From contig DAOUAY010000060.1 of the NCBI GenBank assembly GCA_034432995.1, forward strand, positions 1 to 50,341: DNA of 50,341 nucleotides, in the 5' to 3' direction. Both the position numbers and the translations under genes were made by a program. This stretch comes from Anaerolineae bacterium. GTDB lineage: Bacteria; Chloroflexota; Anaerolineae; B4-G1; SLSP01. Shown piece by piece: positions 1 to 9,994 of the stretch (positions are counted from its first letter, which is position 1; every line of letters starts with the position of its first letter). Under the pieces are notes generated by a model that saw only the letters and a list, made by a program, of their open reading frames with translations, did not search any database and was not told where the DNA came from.

Positions 1-24
1 TCTCGCTCCCATGATGACCAACAT
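1..24 (-). CDS. Start of a further minus-strand gene running off the left edge (function unknown)
   Basis: ATG at 24-22 (minus) is preceded by GGAG with a 6-nt spacer, 11 nt after the stop of the upstream GT4 gene. Only 8 codons (MLVIMGAR) are visible. Confidence 0.3.
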
Positions 25-35
25 CACCCACTCCA

Positions 36-1172
36 CTAACTGTTCGAATAGGCTGGGGGCGTGGCGGTCTTAGCTTCCGCCAGGCGCGCATAGACCCGGA
101 GTAAAGTAGATTCCTGCGCCTTCCGTTGAACCTCGTACCAGGCCCGGCCGGAAGACCCCATACGCTCCAGTTTGACCGGATCACCCAGCACGCGCTCCAG
201 GCAACGAGCCAGGGCCGCGGGATGATCCGGTTCAACGATAAATCCCGTTTCCCCTTCCCGCACATATTCGGGCAAAGCGCCTGTACGGGTGACAATGACC
301 GGTTTGCGAAAATAGTAGGCGGCAGCGATAAGCGCCGACTGCGAAGCATCGATGTAAGGCAACACCACCAATCCGCAACGGCAGAAAAGGTCCATAGCCT
401 CCTCATCATTGATCTGGTGGTTATGAATTTCTAATCGGGCTGGCAACGATCCGCCCCAATATTGCGATAAATCCCCAAAGCCGGCGATGATCACCCTGCC
501 AGGAAACGACTTGTCCGTCTTCAGCATGGCACAGGCTGAGATGAGATACTCGACGCCCTTATACGGTTTCAGACGGCCAAAGAAAAGCGCCCACGGCTGA
601 TACTCAACGGATGCCGCAAGATTCGGCAAAGCCCCGAGCCAACTACCGCCGATGAAAAGATGCAACAAAGGGGTCGAGGTCACCCGTTCACGGGGAACGC
701 CCATATCCAAAAGGCTGCGCACGAAAGTTTGTCCGTGGACGAGAATGTGATCCGCGGTGCGGACGACCTGCTGGTTCCAGAGCCGAGTCCGCACCCCGTG
801 GCGACTCGCCCACGGCGGGTCCACCGTGTGGAGGGTGTGCATGACAGGCAATCCCCGCGCCTTTAGCTTGCGCATTAAGGACAGGTTCCAGATGTGCGGC
901 CCAGCAAAATGCACCAGATCAGGGTCTATATCGGAAATCGTCCTGCTGGCTTTACGCAACCCGGCAAGCCTTATGACATCCAATGCAGATCCCGTATTCA
1001 CCGAGTCGATCGGCGTATGCACGTTAACAGCAGGGATGTAACGGTCAAGTGGGGCTTGAGACGATGTTACCAGGTGGACATCATGGCCGGCTTGAGCCAT
1101 GCGGTTAGCAAGATCGGCGGCGTATTGGTGCATCTCGAAGATTGGTGAGAGAAGAGTGTAACAGATTCGCAT
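36..1172 (-). CDS. Glycosyltransferase family 4 (GT-B fold)
   Basis: 378-aa ORF with ATG at 1172 and GGGAG 8 nt upstream. N-terminus MRICYTLLSP...AADLANRMAQAGHDVHLVT and C-terminal PVIVTRTGALPEYVREGETGFIVEP (EX7E-like) are typical of GT4. Confidence 0.8.
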   Translation of the reverse strand: MRICYTLLSPIFEMHQYAADLANRMAQAGHDVHLVTSSQAPLDRYIPAVNVHTPIDSVNTGSALDVIRLAGLRKASRTISDIDPDLVHFAGPHIWNLSLMRKLKARGLPVMHTLHTVDPPWASRHGVRTRLWNQQVVRTADHILVHGQTFVRSLLDMGVPRERVTSTPLLHLFIGGSWLGALPNLAASVEYQPWALFFGRLKPYKGVEYLISACAMLKTDKSFPGRVIIAGFGDLSQYWGGSLPARLEIHNHQINDEEAMDLFCRCGLVVLPYIDASQSALIAAAYYFRKPVIVTRTGALPEYVREGETGFIVEPDHPAALARCLERVLGDPVKLERMGSSGRAWYEVQRKAQESTLLRVYARLAEAKTATPPAYSNS

Positions 1173-1204
1173 GTCGATGACTCCCGGATAATTTCTCTTA
1201 TCCC

Positions 1205-2116
1205 TTACATCGTACGCAATTCGATCAGCAGCCGGCGGTAGATCCGCGCACGACTGGCAAGCCCAGGCTTCAATTTAGAGGCCAGGCCTACAGCAATAAA
1301 CCGCGGCCAATAAGCCAGCCACAGCAATCTCTTGAAATGCTCTGCCCGTCGTGAGCCGCCAAATTTACGGTGGAATTGCGCCTTGCTCCGGTAGAGTTGG
1401 ATATACATCTCCTCGGCGATCTGGCGTGAGCTGGCTTCGCCATAATGTTTCACCTTCGCCTCAGGCACCCACCAAAGCGTCCAGCCAGCCTCCAACAAAC
1501 GATAACAGAGGTCCATTTCCTCGGTGTACATGAAATATTGATCATCCAGAAGCCCCACCTGATTCAACGCTTCTCGTCTGAGCAGGAAACACGCCCCCTT
1601 GATCACTTCTACCTGACGCGGCGTCGATTGATTCCAGCGCGTCTGGGCATAAGTTGCCCTGTGCCAGAGCCAATCCAGAAACATCAACCGCCAGAACTCC
1701 CGCTCCGGCGTCAACAGTGGATGGCACGATGGTTGCAGCGTTCCATCTGCATTGAGCAACATAGGGCCACAGCCACCAGCATCAGGGTGCGCATCCATAA
1801 ACTCGGCCATCGCCTCGACAGCGCCAGCGAACACTTCGGTATCGCTGTTGAGCAAGACGACGTAACGGCCCGTGCTCTGTAGGATGGCCTGGTTGTTAGC
1901 CCGCGCAAAGCCAACGTTCTGCCCATTGTCGATCAGGTGAACGTGCGGAAAGCGTTCACGTACCATTTGTGAACTGCCATCGGTAGAAGCGTTATCGACG
2001 ACGAATGTCTCGACACTAAACCGGTCTGCGTTTACAGCGCACGCTTCCACGGATTGCAGACACTGTGCGAGAAGGTCTTGGGTGTTCCAACTAACGACGA
2101 TGATGCTTATGTCCAT
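1205..2116 (-). CDS. Glycosyltransferase family 2
   Basis: 303-aa ORF. Motifs ISIIVVSWNTQDLL..., VVDNASTDGS, NVGFARANN and LLNSDTEV are GT2 (GT-A) signatures. Confidence 0.85.
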   Translation of the reverse strand: MDISIIVVSWNTQDLLAQCLQSVEACAVNADRFSVETFVVDNASTDGSSQMVRERFPHVHLIDNGQNVGFARANNQAILQSTGRYVVLLNSDTEVFAGAVEAMAEFMDAHPDAGGCGPMLLNADGTLQPSCHPLLTPEREFWRLMFLDWLWHRATYAQTRWNQSTPRQVEVIKGACFLLRREALNQVGLLDDQYFMYTEEMDLCYRLLEAGWTLWWVPEAKVKHYGEASSRQIAEEMYIQLYRSKAQFHRKFGGSRRAEHFKRLLWLAYWPRFIAVGLASKLKPGLASRARIYRRLLIELRTM

Positions 2117-2152
2117 AATCCCCGATTATGTCCGCCTGCTTTTGATGATTGT

Positions 2153-4033
2153 CTAATACGCTCTTACGATCACCGGTAAATAGATTCGATAGGGATTGGC
2201 GATAACAACCGCGACGGCGGTGCTTGCGCCTCCCTCCTGATCCAAAAGTTCGGCAACGTTCACCAAAAGCTCGCGGTTGACCGTGTCGACGCTGACTGTG
2301 TATGTGATGAAGACTTGCTGGTCCGACACAAGCCTCGCCGTCCAGGTGAGCCGGTGTTCATCCTGGTCATAGACCGGAAAGACTTCGGTTCCGTATACCC
2401 GCACATCATCTAGCCAGTCCACACCACTCGCCAGGGTATCCGTCAGTATGAGCGTGGTACCGGGACTGCGGAACTTTAGCACATACGTAACATCCTCACG
2501 ATAATTGGCGCCAGACCGATCCGCTCGTTTCTCCAACTGCGCGACCGGGTCTCCCCAAGTAACCGTGAGTGTCGGTCGCCCCGCGCCGTCACCGCCTGCA
2601 TCGGAACTGAAGAAGTACTTCCCGCTGTTCATAGGCCAATTGGGCGAGTAAAGCGCCAACCGCAACGGCGCTCCGGTCGCATAAGCCTCGGCGACAGCCC
2701 CACTCACATCCCAGTGTCTGGGGATACCAGGCCAGGGTGGTGTTTCGTCCAAAGGATCAACCCAGGTCGCCCCGACGTAGTCTCCCGCCAGCGGTGCGTT
2801 GTTCCACGTGAGTGTGTTCTCCGCCCAATCCTCACGAACTGTAAAAACCTGTATGAAAGAAGGTTGCGGTCCCGGCGACGCCCCGGCACCCGCATTTCCG
2901 AACTGGTAAAGCGTCAACGTCGCGGAAAGCACCACTTTGCCTTGCGGCAGGCTGTACAATGGAAACGTCACATAAGGGCGCGAATCACAGGGCCAATCCA
3001 TTTGTTGTTCGGTGCGCTGGACGTTGAGAAAGATTTCCCCGGCGTAGTTCAGGTCGCCCCAGTTCAAGAAGTAGTCTGGGGCCGCGGCGTCACCACAGAG
3101 ATTGCTTCCTCCCGCCGCCGCATCGATCACCGTCACTCCGTTCAGGCCGTGGCGGATAACTGCCGTTGCACGGGGCAGAGCAGGCGCAGGAATGTATACC
3201 GGCTTCAGGCCATAGTGGAGCTGTCCCCAGGAGGCCGGACGCAAAGGCAGCATCGTCTCGGGCCATACCTGTGCTGCGAACGGAGGTCCCGCGGCGCTAT
3301 CGCGATCATGCACCGCAACCCCAAGCCCCCAAACCGTTCCCTGAGGCGGACGACCAGCAAGCCCCAGACTGCCGTATGGAATGGTATAATAAGCTAACCA
3401 CCCCCGGTCGTCCGTATTATTGTTTGGCACATCGCCGATCCACCCGGTCGAGGCGGTGAAAGGCACAGAAGCCAAAACCCACTGTCCCGCATCGCCCCGG
3501 TAAGCCGTCTGAAAATTGGGGTGACTCTCGCCGCTCCAGTTCAGTTGCACATCGAAGCGATAACTGCCGTCGCCGGGCAACTCACCGACAGCACCGCTGA
3601 GGTTCAGGTAGACGGAGGCCGCGTCCCAGTCCGGCAAAGTACCAGGAGTAGGGTTGGCATTGTACCAGAGCCGGCGGTCGAAAGTGCGCAAGGCCAGGCG
3701 CAGGCTGTCATTAGCGGCGATAAGGCGCACGTCGGTGTAGTTCACATCAGGCGTGACTCGTCCAAACCAGAAGATGCCCGCTTCGTTGAACGATCCGGTG
3801 TGCGGTACATAGACGCGCCGTTGCGGTGTTGCGTGCCCTTGTGGAACGACGTTCGCTGTGGGGGGAAGCGGTACGGCGGAAACATCCAGGTTTGCCGCAC
3901 GCGCCCTTAAGCCTACGATTAACAATATCACCCAAGCCAGTGTCAACAGCCATCGCACCCCACGGTTCCCGGGGCGGCGGGAGCTCCGGGCAAACACATC
4001 GAGTCGACGTGCGCTTGAATTTGCGCCTATCAT
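2153..4033 (-). CDS. Secreted/anchored protein with DNRLRE-like domain and DUF11-like C-terminus
   Basis: The 730-codon ORF overlaps the upstream gene (stop at 4102) in its first ~80 codons. In-frame ATGs at 4096 and 4033 precede a basic/hydrophobic signal-anchor (RRPGNRGVRWLLTLAWVILLIVGLRARA). Contains FTVREDWAENTLTWNNAP (DNRLRE-type motif). C-terminal beta-sandwich-like region ends IANPYRIYLPVIVRAY. The exact start is uncertain. Confidence 0.7.
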   Translation of the reverse strand: MIGANSSARRLDVFARSSRRPGNRGVRWLLTLAWVILLIVGLRARAANLDVSAVPLPPTANVVPQGHATPQRRVYVPHTGSFNEAGIFWFGRVTPDVNYTDVRLIAANDSLRLALRTFDRRLWYNANPTPGTLPDWDAASVYLNLSGAVGELPGDGSYRFDVQLNWSGESHPNFQTAYRGDAGQWVLASVPFTASTGWIGDVPNNNTDDRGWLAYYTIPYGSLGLAGRPPQGTVWGLGVAVHDRDSAAGPPFAAQVWPETMLPLRPASWGQLHYGLKPVYIPAPALPRATAVIRHGLNGVTVIDAAAGGSNLCGDAAAPDYFLNWGDLNYAGEIFLNVQRTEQQMDWPCDSRPYVTFPLYSLPQGKVVLSATLTLYQFGNAGAGASPGPQPSFIQVFTVREDWAENTLTWNNAPLAGDYVGATWVDPLDETPPWPGIPRHWDVSGAVAEAYATGAPLRLALYSPNWPMNSGKYFFSSDAGGDGAGRPTLTVTWGDPVAQLEKRADRSGANYREDVTYVLKFRSPGTTLILTDTLASGVDWLDDVRVYGTEVFPVYDQDEHRLTWTARLVSDQQVFITYTVSVDTVNRELLVNVAELLDQEGGASTAVAVVIANPYRIYLPVIVRAY

Positions 4034-4101
4034 AGAGTGCGGGACGATCGGCTCGGGCGCGTCGCGCCACCTGTTGCAGGTACCGTATGAGCGCATGGCG
4101 T

Positions 4102-7100
4102 CTATCGGTTTCGGAGCACCACGGGCAGATAGCACTGCAACGGGTTGGCGATAATCGTCACCGTGCGTGTGTAGTTCCCCCACGCTTCTCCATCGACTTG
4201 CATCTCGTTGGTCAATGCCGTGGGTTGCCCAGTCGTAACCTGCGTCGTGTATGAGATCACGATCGGATTCGTACTGGAGAGCACTCCCTGCCAATGGATG
4301 GACTGCGGCGAGCACGTCGGTGGATTGCCCCACGAAGCCTCGCACAGTGCAGGGTAATATACCAAACCGGCAGGTAGTAAATCCGTTATGGTCATAGAAA
4401 CCGTCTGCGTCGGGGGCGCGCCACTATCACGTACAGTCAGGGTGTAGGTAAGCACTTCACCCGCGCGAGCGGTCGAACTCGAGGTCGTTTTGGAAACGTC
4501 CGGTGTGGCCGCAGTAGCTTCCAATGTAAGAATCAGGTTCTGAATGTAGAACAGGTCCCCGCGCACAAAGCCTGGCACATCCAAATAACGGGCCAGTTCC
4601 GCACCCGGCTCTTGAAAGATCATCGCCTTGACGGCAAACAGCGCGTTATAGTCATACAAGTGCTGTAGGGTAATCTCGTTGTAGGTGGCCTCATAGTTGG
4701 TTACGAACCAGTATGGAGCATCGTGAGTATACTCGTCAAACGCCACCTGCACCTTGCCGAGTGCGTGGTCGCGCAAATACTGCCCTAATTCCGGCGTCAG
4801 AAAAATAAAGTTGCGGGCCACGGCCAGAGTCTGGCCCCAGTCATGCGCGTCAGGCCCCCAGGGATTATCCTTATCGAACGCCGATATTCGCAGCGCCAGC
4901 AAGCGATCCAGGGTCGCCTGTCGAGCCGTATCGGGCGGGTAACCAGCGAGTTTCTGCAATTCGAGATAGCCTTGCAAGCCGGCTATCCAGGCGTTGTGCG
5001 CAAAGGGGTATTGCGCCAATATATAATCGCTGGGCGGTGTCCACATCCGTTCCCGGCACCGGTCGAACAACGCGCGCGCATTGCCAAAAGTCTCAGCGTA
5101 CTTCCACACGGCATAGAATGTATGCGGCGTCCATTTCCAGTCTGGTCCGGTCCATCCTGCAAAGTCATACGTACTCCACATCGAAGGCGGATAGAGCGGC
5201 ATCGCCACGACGACTTCGGGCGGTAAATCGAAGCCTTCCCGACCAGCGCCGGCGCTCCACCCGATGTGCGTGTAACTGCACGGATGATAATCTCTGAATA
5301 GGTTCTGCAAGTATGTACTGACTTGCTGTCGCAGTGAAGGTGGAAGATACGGATAAGCGCGCGTCAACACCAAAATCGTATCGGCGGGATTGTGCCAATA
5401 GTCGGTTAGATTATCGCCAAGCTCTGATATAGCCTTGGAAGAGAACGCGCCATTGATCCCAAACCCTGGGCGTAGATGACCGGCGGCGACGATGTTCTGG
5501 ATTTCCTCGGTCAGGCGCTGCTGCAAAACGTTCCTATCGACAGGCTCAAGCGGCTCAGTCACCGCAACGATGCTGGCGCGCGGCAAGGCTTTAGCGCCGC
5601 CGGTCGCGGAAAAGGCAATGACGGCGTTGCTGCGATGTATGTATACCTTGCCCCGGTAGGGAATCGGAGCGTTTTGGTCGCCATGATAACCGTAGACGCC
5701 GTTCCAACCGCCGAACACCGTGACCGCATTCGCCTCGTACGTACCGGTTGTTCCTACATTGTAGCCAGGGATTAACCCTGGCAGATTATAGCTAAAAAAC
5801 AGGTACTTGTTGCCGATCATATCGTATGCCCCGGCCGAACGATCACAACATTGATTCCAATAGATAAGGTTGCCACCGCCCGAGTAACCCAGCGGTTCGT
5901 CGTGGGCTGTGACACCTGAAATCCGGGGAGCACGGATGATGCTAGTACCGGGAATCCAACCAGCGACCGCATGACCGTACTTTTGCTCGGAATAGGTATT
6001 GAATGTGTACACGTTGCCATCCGGCATAATGAGCGCCGGGTAACGGCTACCCGAATTTGTCCCGGCACTCAACAAGGGAGCATATTCCGGCTGACCATTG
6101 TGATTGAAATCGTAAGTAATTTCCTGACCGGTCGCAGCATTCAAAATATAGTACGATCGCAACCACGGCTTAGCCTCCAGATAGGTCATCGCCGCAGTCC
6201 CATCCCTGGTACCGTCCGGTTGTTGCGGAGAAAAACCAGACGACAACCCAGGTTCGCCAAGAGTATACCAATCATAGGGAAAACCATCAATAGGTGGAGT
6301 CGTAAGCCGATAAGGCCGTTGCGCTGAGAGAATGACCATATTGCCGCTAACGACGGGCCACCATGAGTGGAAGCCCGCGCTCGGCAATTTGGCGGACTTC
6401 CAGACCAAACTACCGGATAATGCATTCAAGGCGTAGGCATGCGCATCATTCGAGGCAAAGTAGATCGTCTGATGGTTGGCACTGGCAGCGGCTGAAAAGT
6501 GAATCGGCCCATCGGTTTTGTATTGCCAGGCCAACGTACCCTTGCGCGCCGCATCGTCATTCGAATAGATAGCGTAGAAGGTACCGTCCCGATTGCCCAG
6601 GTAAACCCGATTGTTGACGACTAAAGGGTTAGTGTCAAAACCGGCTTCCGCCTCAAAAGTCCACAGCCCCACCCCGGTGGCAGCGTTGATCGCGTGCAAT
6701 TTATGATCCATACCGCCCACATAAGCCACACCGTTGACGACTGTGGGCGCATTGCCCAACGGCATGGCGGTGGGATAGACCCAGCTTTGCGCTCCCGTTG
6801 CAGCGTTTAGAGCATACAGCCCGTTAGCCGTGCTGATGAACAACGACCCGTCTGCCGCAATGATCTGGACCTTGTTCGGAATGTACGACTCGAACACCTT
6901 GTACCATTCCGGCTTAAGATTACCACGCACCTCTTCTGACGTCCACGAAGTGCGTTGAGGATTGGCTGCCGCCATCGGCCAGTTAGCCTCGGCGCTCGTC
7001 TCTTCCAGAGCTTCGTCTCCGAGCAAGTCATGGTGAGTGACATCGAAGGACTCCCAACTTTCCCGCGCGCGCGTGTCCACTACGGAACCTTCACCCTCGA

Positions 7101-7209
7101 ACGAGGGGGCAATCAGCGGAAAAGATAGAGTACTACTCGAAAACAACAACGCAAAGATGAGATATAGCCGTCGGAGTCCGCTTCGTCGTGTTGCTTTGGA
7201 TATTTGCAT
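4102..7209 (-). CDS. Secreted PQQ-like beta-propeller repeat protein with C-terminal DUF11-type domain
   Basis: ATG at 7209 (MQISKATRRSGLRRLYLIFALLFSS signal) has AGAAGGTG upstream. Repeated blades: YALNAATGAQSWVY, HAINAATGVGLWTF, YALNALSGSLVWKS. C-terminal GEVLTYTLTVRDSG...ITDLLPAGL is a DUF11-type repeat, and the protein ends IANPLQCYLPVVLRNR. Confidence 0.75.
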   Translation of the reverse strand: MQISKATRRSGLRRLYLIFALLFSSSTLSFPLIAPSFEGEGSVVDTRARESWESFDVTHHDLLGDEALEETSAEANWPMAAANPQRTSWTSEEVRGNLKPEWYKVFESYIPNKVQIIAADGSLFISTANGLYALNAATGAQSWVYPTAMPLGNAPTVVNGVAYVGGMDHKLHAINAATGVGLWTFEAEAGFDTNPLVVNNRVYLGNRDGTFYAIYSNDDAARKGTLAWQYKTDGPIHFSAAASANHQTIYFASNDAHAYALNALSGSLVWKSAKLPSAGFHSWWPVVSGNMVILSAQRPYRLTTPPIDGFPYDWYTLGEPGLSSGFSPQQPDGTRDGTAAMTYLEAKPWLRSYYILNAATGQEITYDFNHNGQPEYAPLLSAGTNSGSRYPALIMPDGNVYTFNTYSEQKYGHAVAGWIPGTSIIRAPRISGVTAHDEPLGYSGGGNLIYWNQCCDRSAGAYDMIGNKYLFFSYNLPGLIPGYNVGTTGTYEANAVTVFGGWNGVYGYHGDQNAPIPYRGKVYIHRSNAVIAFSATGGAKALPRASIVAVTEPLEPVDRNVLQQRLTEEIQNIVAAGHLRPGFGINGAFSSKAISELGDNLTDYWHNPADTILVLTRAYPYLPPSLRQQVSTYLQNLFRDYHPCSYTHIGWSAGAGREGFDLPPEVVVAMPLYPPSMWSTYDFAGWTGPDWKWTPHTFYAVWKYAETFGNARALFDRCRERMWTPPSDYILAQYPFAHNAWIAGLQGYLELQKLAGYPPDTARQATLDRLLALRISAFDKDNPWGPDAHDWGQTLAVARNFIFLTPELGQYLRDHALGKVQVAFDEYTHDAPYWFVTNYEATYNEITLQHLYDYNALFAVKAMIFQEPGAELARYLDVPGFVRGDLFYIQNLILTLEATAATPDVSKTTSSSTARAGEVLTYTLTVRDSGAPPTQTVSMTITDLLPAGLVYYPALCEASWGNPPTCSPQSIHWQGVLSSTNPIVISYTTQVTTGQPTALTNEMQVDGEAWGNYTRTVTIIANPLQCYLPVVLRNR

Positions 7210-7253
7210 AGAACACCTTCTGGGGCGCAAAATCTACACTGCGATTATCCTAC

Positions 7254-7281
7254 ATTATACAGACTCCTCACCTTATGTCCA
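7254..7281 (-). promoter_or_regulatory. Candidate internal sigma70-type promoter (TGGACA-N16-TATAAT with TG extension)
   Basis: Minus strand reads TGGACA (7281-7276), a 16-nt spacer ending TG, then TATAAT (7259-7254). It lies in the AT-richer 128-nt gap between the Wzy_C gene stop (7359) and the propeller gene ATG (7209). Confidence 0.45.
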
Positions 7282-7358
7282 GATCAAGTTGTGATAAAAT
7301 ATACTAATCCCATTGAACTTTGCTACAAAACTCCCTGCTGCCCTACGCCATTTCACAG

Positions 7359-8771
7359 CTAGACATGCCCAGATTCACGCACATCCACGGCGACCAGCCC
7401 CCCCAGAAACAACCACACCAGGATACTCGCCTGAAAGCCCGGGAAACCGACGTTGTAGACAAACGGGAGCATCCAATCAGCCAAAAGCATAATGATCAGG
7501 CTCCCTACCCAGGCCGCAGTCATGCCGCCGACGTAACCGCCGGTGAATCCTGTTGGGTAGCGGTCGCTCAGCCGCCAACCTAAGAAAAACAGCTCCACGG
7601 CAAACCACAGAAAAAGCCCCAGGCCCAGCAAGCCGGTATGGGCAAAAAGGTCGACATAGTTGTTGTGCGAATTGATCTGGGGCTGAAACCATATAGCGCG
7701 CTGATAACGCAGAGGTTGCATACCGGCGTAGTTGCGATAGGAAGCCGGCCCTATGCCGGTGAGCGGATTTCGCTTTGTGACGCTTATCACGCGCTCGATC
7801 AGCACCAGGCGCGAGGCGCCACTCTCATCCCACTTTTCATCGCCGCCGGCGAACTCATAGAGGAGGCCAGAAACCAACCCCAATAGCAGCGCGAGCGATC
7901 CTACCACCAGAATTGCGCTACGCAGACGCGGCAGGCGCAGCCAAAGCATCACGCCCGCCGCCGCCACAATCCCCACCCAGTTGGAAGTACGCTCATCCTG
8001 CAAGATAAAGGCATAGGCCAACACCGCAGCCAACACCGCCAGGAGAAAGAGCCGTGCGCCCCCCCCGAGCGCGCCATTGAACAAAAGCTGGCCGCCAGTC
8101 AGCGCCGCCAACAAGAGCCAGAATGGCGCGCGAATAAAGGCCAAAGTAACAAACCCCCAGGTCACATCGCGCACGCCAGGCAGGACACATAGGATCGCCA
8201 GCCCGCCCCCCAGGATAAGAAAGAACCACGTCAGGCGCGGCAACCAAGTCTCGACGTCACGAAGGTTAGCCATTAACCAGAAAGCCAACGCCGCGAAGGC
8301 GAAGATGGCCCATTGCGCCAACTGCACCAACCAGAAATTGTTCGATTTGGGCACAGCAGGATCCCAGAAAGCGTTGCCCACCAGATACGAGAGCAGTCCC
8401 GCCAGCAGGAAGAGGGTTAGAGGCCGGTTGACGCGCGAAGCCGACCAGCACCAGGCACGCTGGCGTATGTTGTCCAACAACCACAACGCAAAAAGCGCCG
8501 GGATGAGCAGCGTGGCAACGTTGAGCAAAACCTCAGTGCCGGTGCTGATCTCGAAGCGCACCACCAACGCCGCTGCAATCAGCGCCAGCAAACCCAGTTG
8601 GGGCGCGTGCAGCAACGCCAACGCCCCGATGCCAGCGGAAAGCAGCAGCAGCCAACGCAGTGACGCGCGCAATCCCAAAAAGACAGCCGCGAGCAACACC
8701 CCGGCTACCACCGCGGCGATCCAAACACGCTTCGCATTCGGCTGCGCTAATGTTTTTTCGAGATTACTCAT
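7359..8771 (-). CDS. O-antigen ligase (Wzy_C) family polytopic membrane protein
   Basis: First ATG at 8771 (the longer ORF starts with TTG and overlaps the upstream gene). About 10 or more hydrophobic segments. INSHNNYVDLFAHTGLLGLGLF resembles the Wzy_C loop/helix signature. Confidence 0.75.
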   Translation of the reverse strand: MSNLEKTLAQPNAKRVWIAAVVAGVLLAAVFLGLRASLRWLLLLSAGIGALALLHAPQLGLLALIAAALVVRFEISTGTEVLLNVATLLIPALFALWLLDNIRQRAWCWSASRVNRPLTLFLLAGLLSYLVGNAFWDPAVPKSNNFWLVQLAQWAIFAFAALAFWLMANLRDVETWLPRLTWFFLILGGGLAILCVLPGVRDVTWGFVTLAFIRAPFWLLLAALTGGQLLFNGALGGGARLFLLAVLAAVLAYAFILQDERTSNWVGIVAAAGVMLWLRLPRLRSAILVVGSLALLLGLVSGLLYEFAGGDEKWDESGASRLVLIERVISVTKRNPLTGIGPASYRNYAGMQPLRYQRAIWFQPQINSHNNYVDLFAHTGLLGLGLFLWFAVELFFLGWRLSDRYPTGFTGGYVGGMTAAWVGSLIIMLLADWMLPFVYNVGFPGFQASILVWLFLGGLVAVDVRESGHV

Positions 8772-8809
8772 AGCGATTTCGAATCTTGTGTTTCTGCTTC
8801 CTTGCCGTT

Positions 8810-9991
8810 TTACCCACTTGCCTTGGCGACCTCTTCTACCAAAGCCACAAACTGTGCGCCAATGATCTCCCAATTATACCGCTGTTCTACGAGCGCACGC
8901 GCATTATGCCGCAGTCGCTCGCGCAAACGACCATCATGCATCACACGCAGCACGGCATCAGCGAAAGCCTCAGGCGTATCCGCCAGCAACACGTGCTCGT
9001 TATCGACGACTTCCAGCCCTTCAGCGCCCTTGGAGGTGGAGACGACCGGCGTTCCTAGCGCCATCGCCTCGAGGATTTTAAGCCGCGTGCCCCAACCCTG
9101 CCGTAACGGGACGATACAAACGGCGCTTTGCGCCACAGGCAGGCGAATGTCCTCCACATAACCGGTAAGACGAACGCTGGCATCCAATCGCAAACCGTCT
9201 ACGTCCACACCCTGAGTCGACCCGGTGATACGTAGGGTAACATCGGGCGTTTTCTGCTTGATCAAGGGATAGATTTCTGCCAGAAAGTAGCGCATTGCAT
9301 CGTAGTTGACGTTGTAGGTGAGCGCGCCATTGTAGATCAACGTACGAGGCTGAACTTCCGTCAAACCGAGGCGGTGATGTGCGCAATCCACCCCGTTGGG
9401 GAGAACGGCGACGGTCGACCGATTCCCCGCCAGAGCCTGTACACTCTCCACTTCCAAAGGGGAGGACACTGCACAAACCTGGAATTTTGGGAAGAGCGCT
9501 CCCTCGTAACGATAGGCTTTGTACCAACTAAGCCAGGTGCGCCAACGGCTCAAGCGTGTAGTTTGTCTTTGATAACGTTCGCGCAATTGATGAGTCAACG
9601 AGGTATCCACATCCAAAACACGCGGGAGCTGGGAAAAACGTAATGCATAGTGTCCGATGAACACCTCCAGCGCCACAATCGCGTCCCACTTGTCCAGATC
9701 CGGCAGACGATCGATGGTCGATTGCATCTCTCCGATTCGCCAGAAGACCAGAGGAACCGGCGAGAGATATTTGATAAGCTGCGGTAACTGCACGTAGCGA
9801 AAGGGATCAGCATGCACGGGGTACATCGTTACATTTTCGTGGGCCTCCGGCTCGGTTTTGGAATCAGGATCAAAGGCCACAAGCGTAACGCGATGTGTCT
9901 TCGCCAGTGGTCGTAGCAGGTAATTAGCGCGGATCTTGGCGCCATTATCTGGCGGATACGGGGACCAGGTAGAGAGAAATAAGATATGCAT
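8810..9991 (-). CDS. Glycosyltransferase family 4
   Basis: 393 aa. MHILFLSTWSPYPPDNGAKIR N-terminus, and C-terminal GWGTRLKILEAMALGTPVVSTSKGAEGLEV (GT-B nucleotide-sugar binding region). Confidence 0.8.
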   Translation of the reverse strand: MHILFLSTWSPYPPDNGAKIRANYLLRPLAKTHRVTLVAFDPDSKTEPEAHENVTMYPVHADPFRYVQLPQLIKYLSPVPLVFWRIGEMQSTIDRLPDLDKWDAIVALEVFIGHYALRFSQLPRVLDVDTSLTHQLRERYQRQTTRLSRWRTWLSWYKAYRYEGALFPKFQVCAVSSPLEVESVQALAGNRSTVAVLPNGVDCAHHRLGLTEVQPRTLIYNGALTYNVNYDAMRYFLAEIYPLIKQKTPDVTLRITGSTQGVDVDGLRLDASVRLTGYVEDIRLPVAQSAVCIVPLRQGWGTRLKILEAMALGTPVVSTSKGAEGLEVVDNEHVLLADTPEAFADAVLRVMHDGRLRERLRHNARALVEQRYNWEIIGAQFVALVEEVAKASG

Positions 9992-9994
9992 CGC

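Noticed and set aside
4034-4345. N-terminal ~100-codon extension of ORF 2153-4345.
   Set aside because: It overlaps the 3' end of the upstream gene by up to 244 nt and has no signal-like features. The signal-anchor begins only after the internal ATGs at 4096 and 4033.
8077-8865. Long plus-strand ORFs antisense to the minus-strand genes: 8077-8865, 12231-13079, 14428-15420, 23136-24035, 23947-24951, 27689-29119, 39471-40325 and 42501-43175.
   Set aside because: They have low-complexity, Arg/Pro/Gly-rich translations with no recognisable motifs. They lie fully inside well-supported genes on the opposite strand and lack SD sequences. These are typical shadow ORFs of GC-rich DNA.
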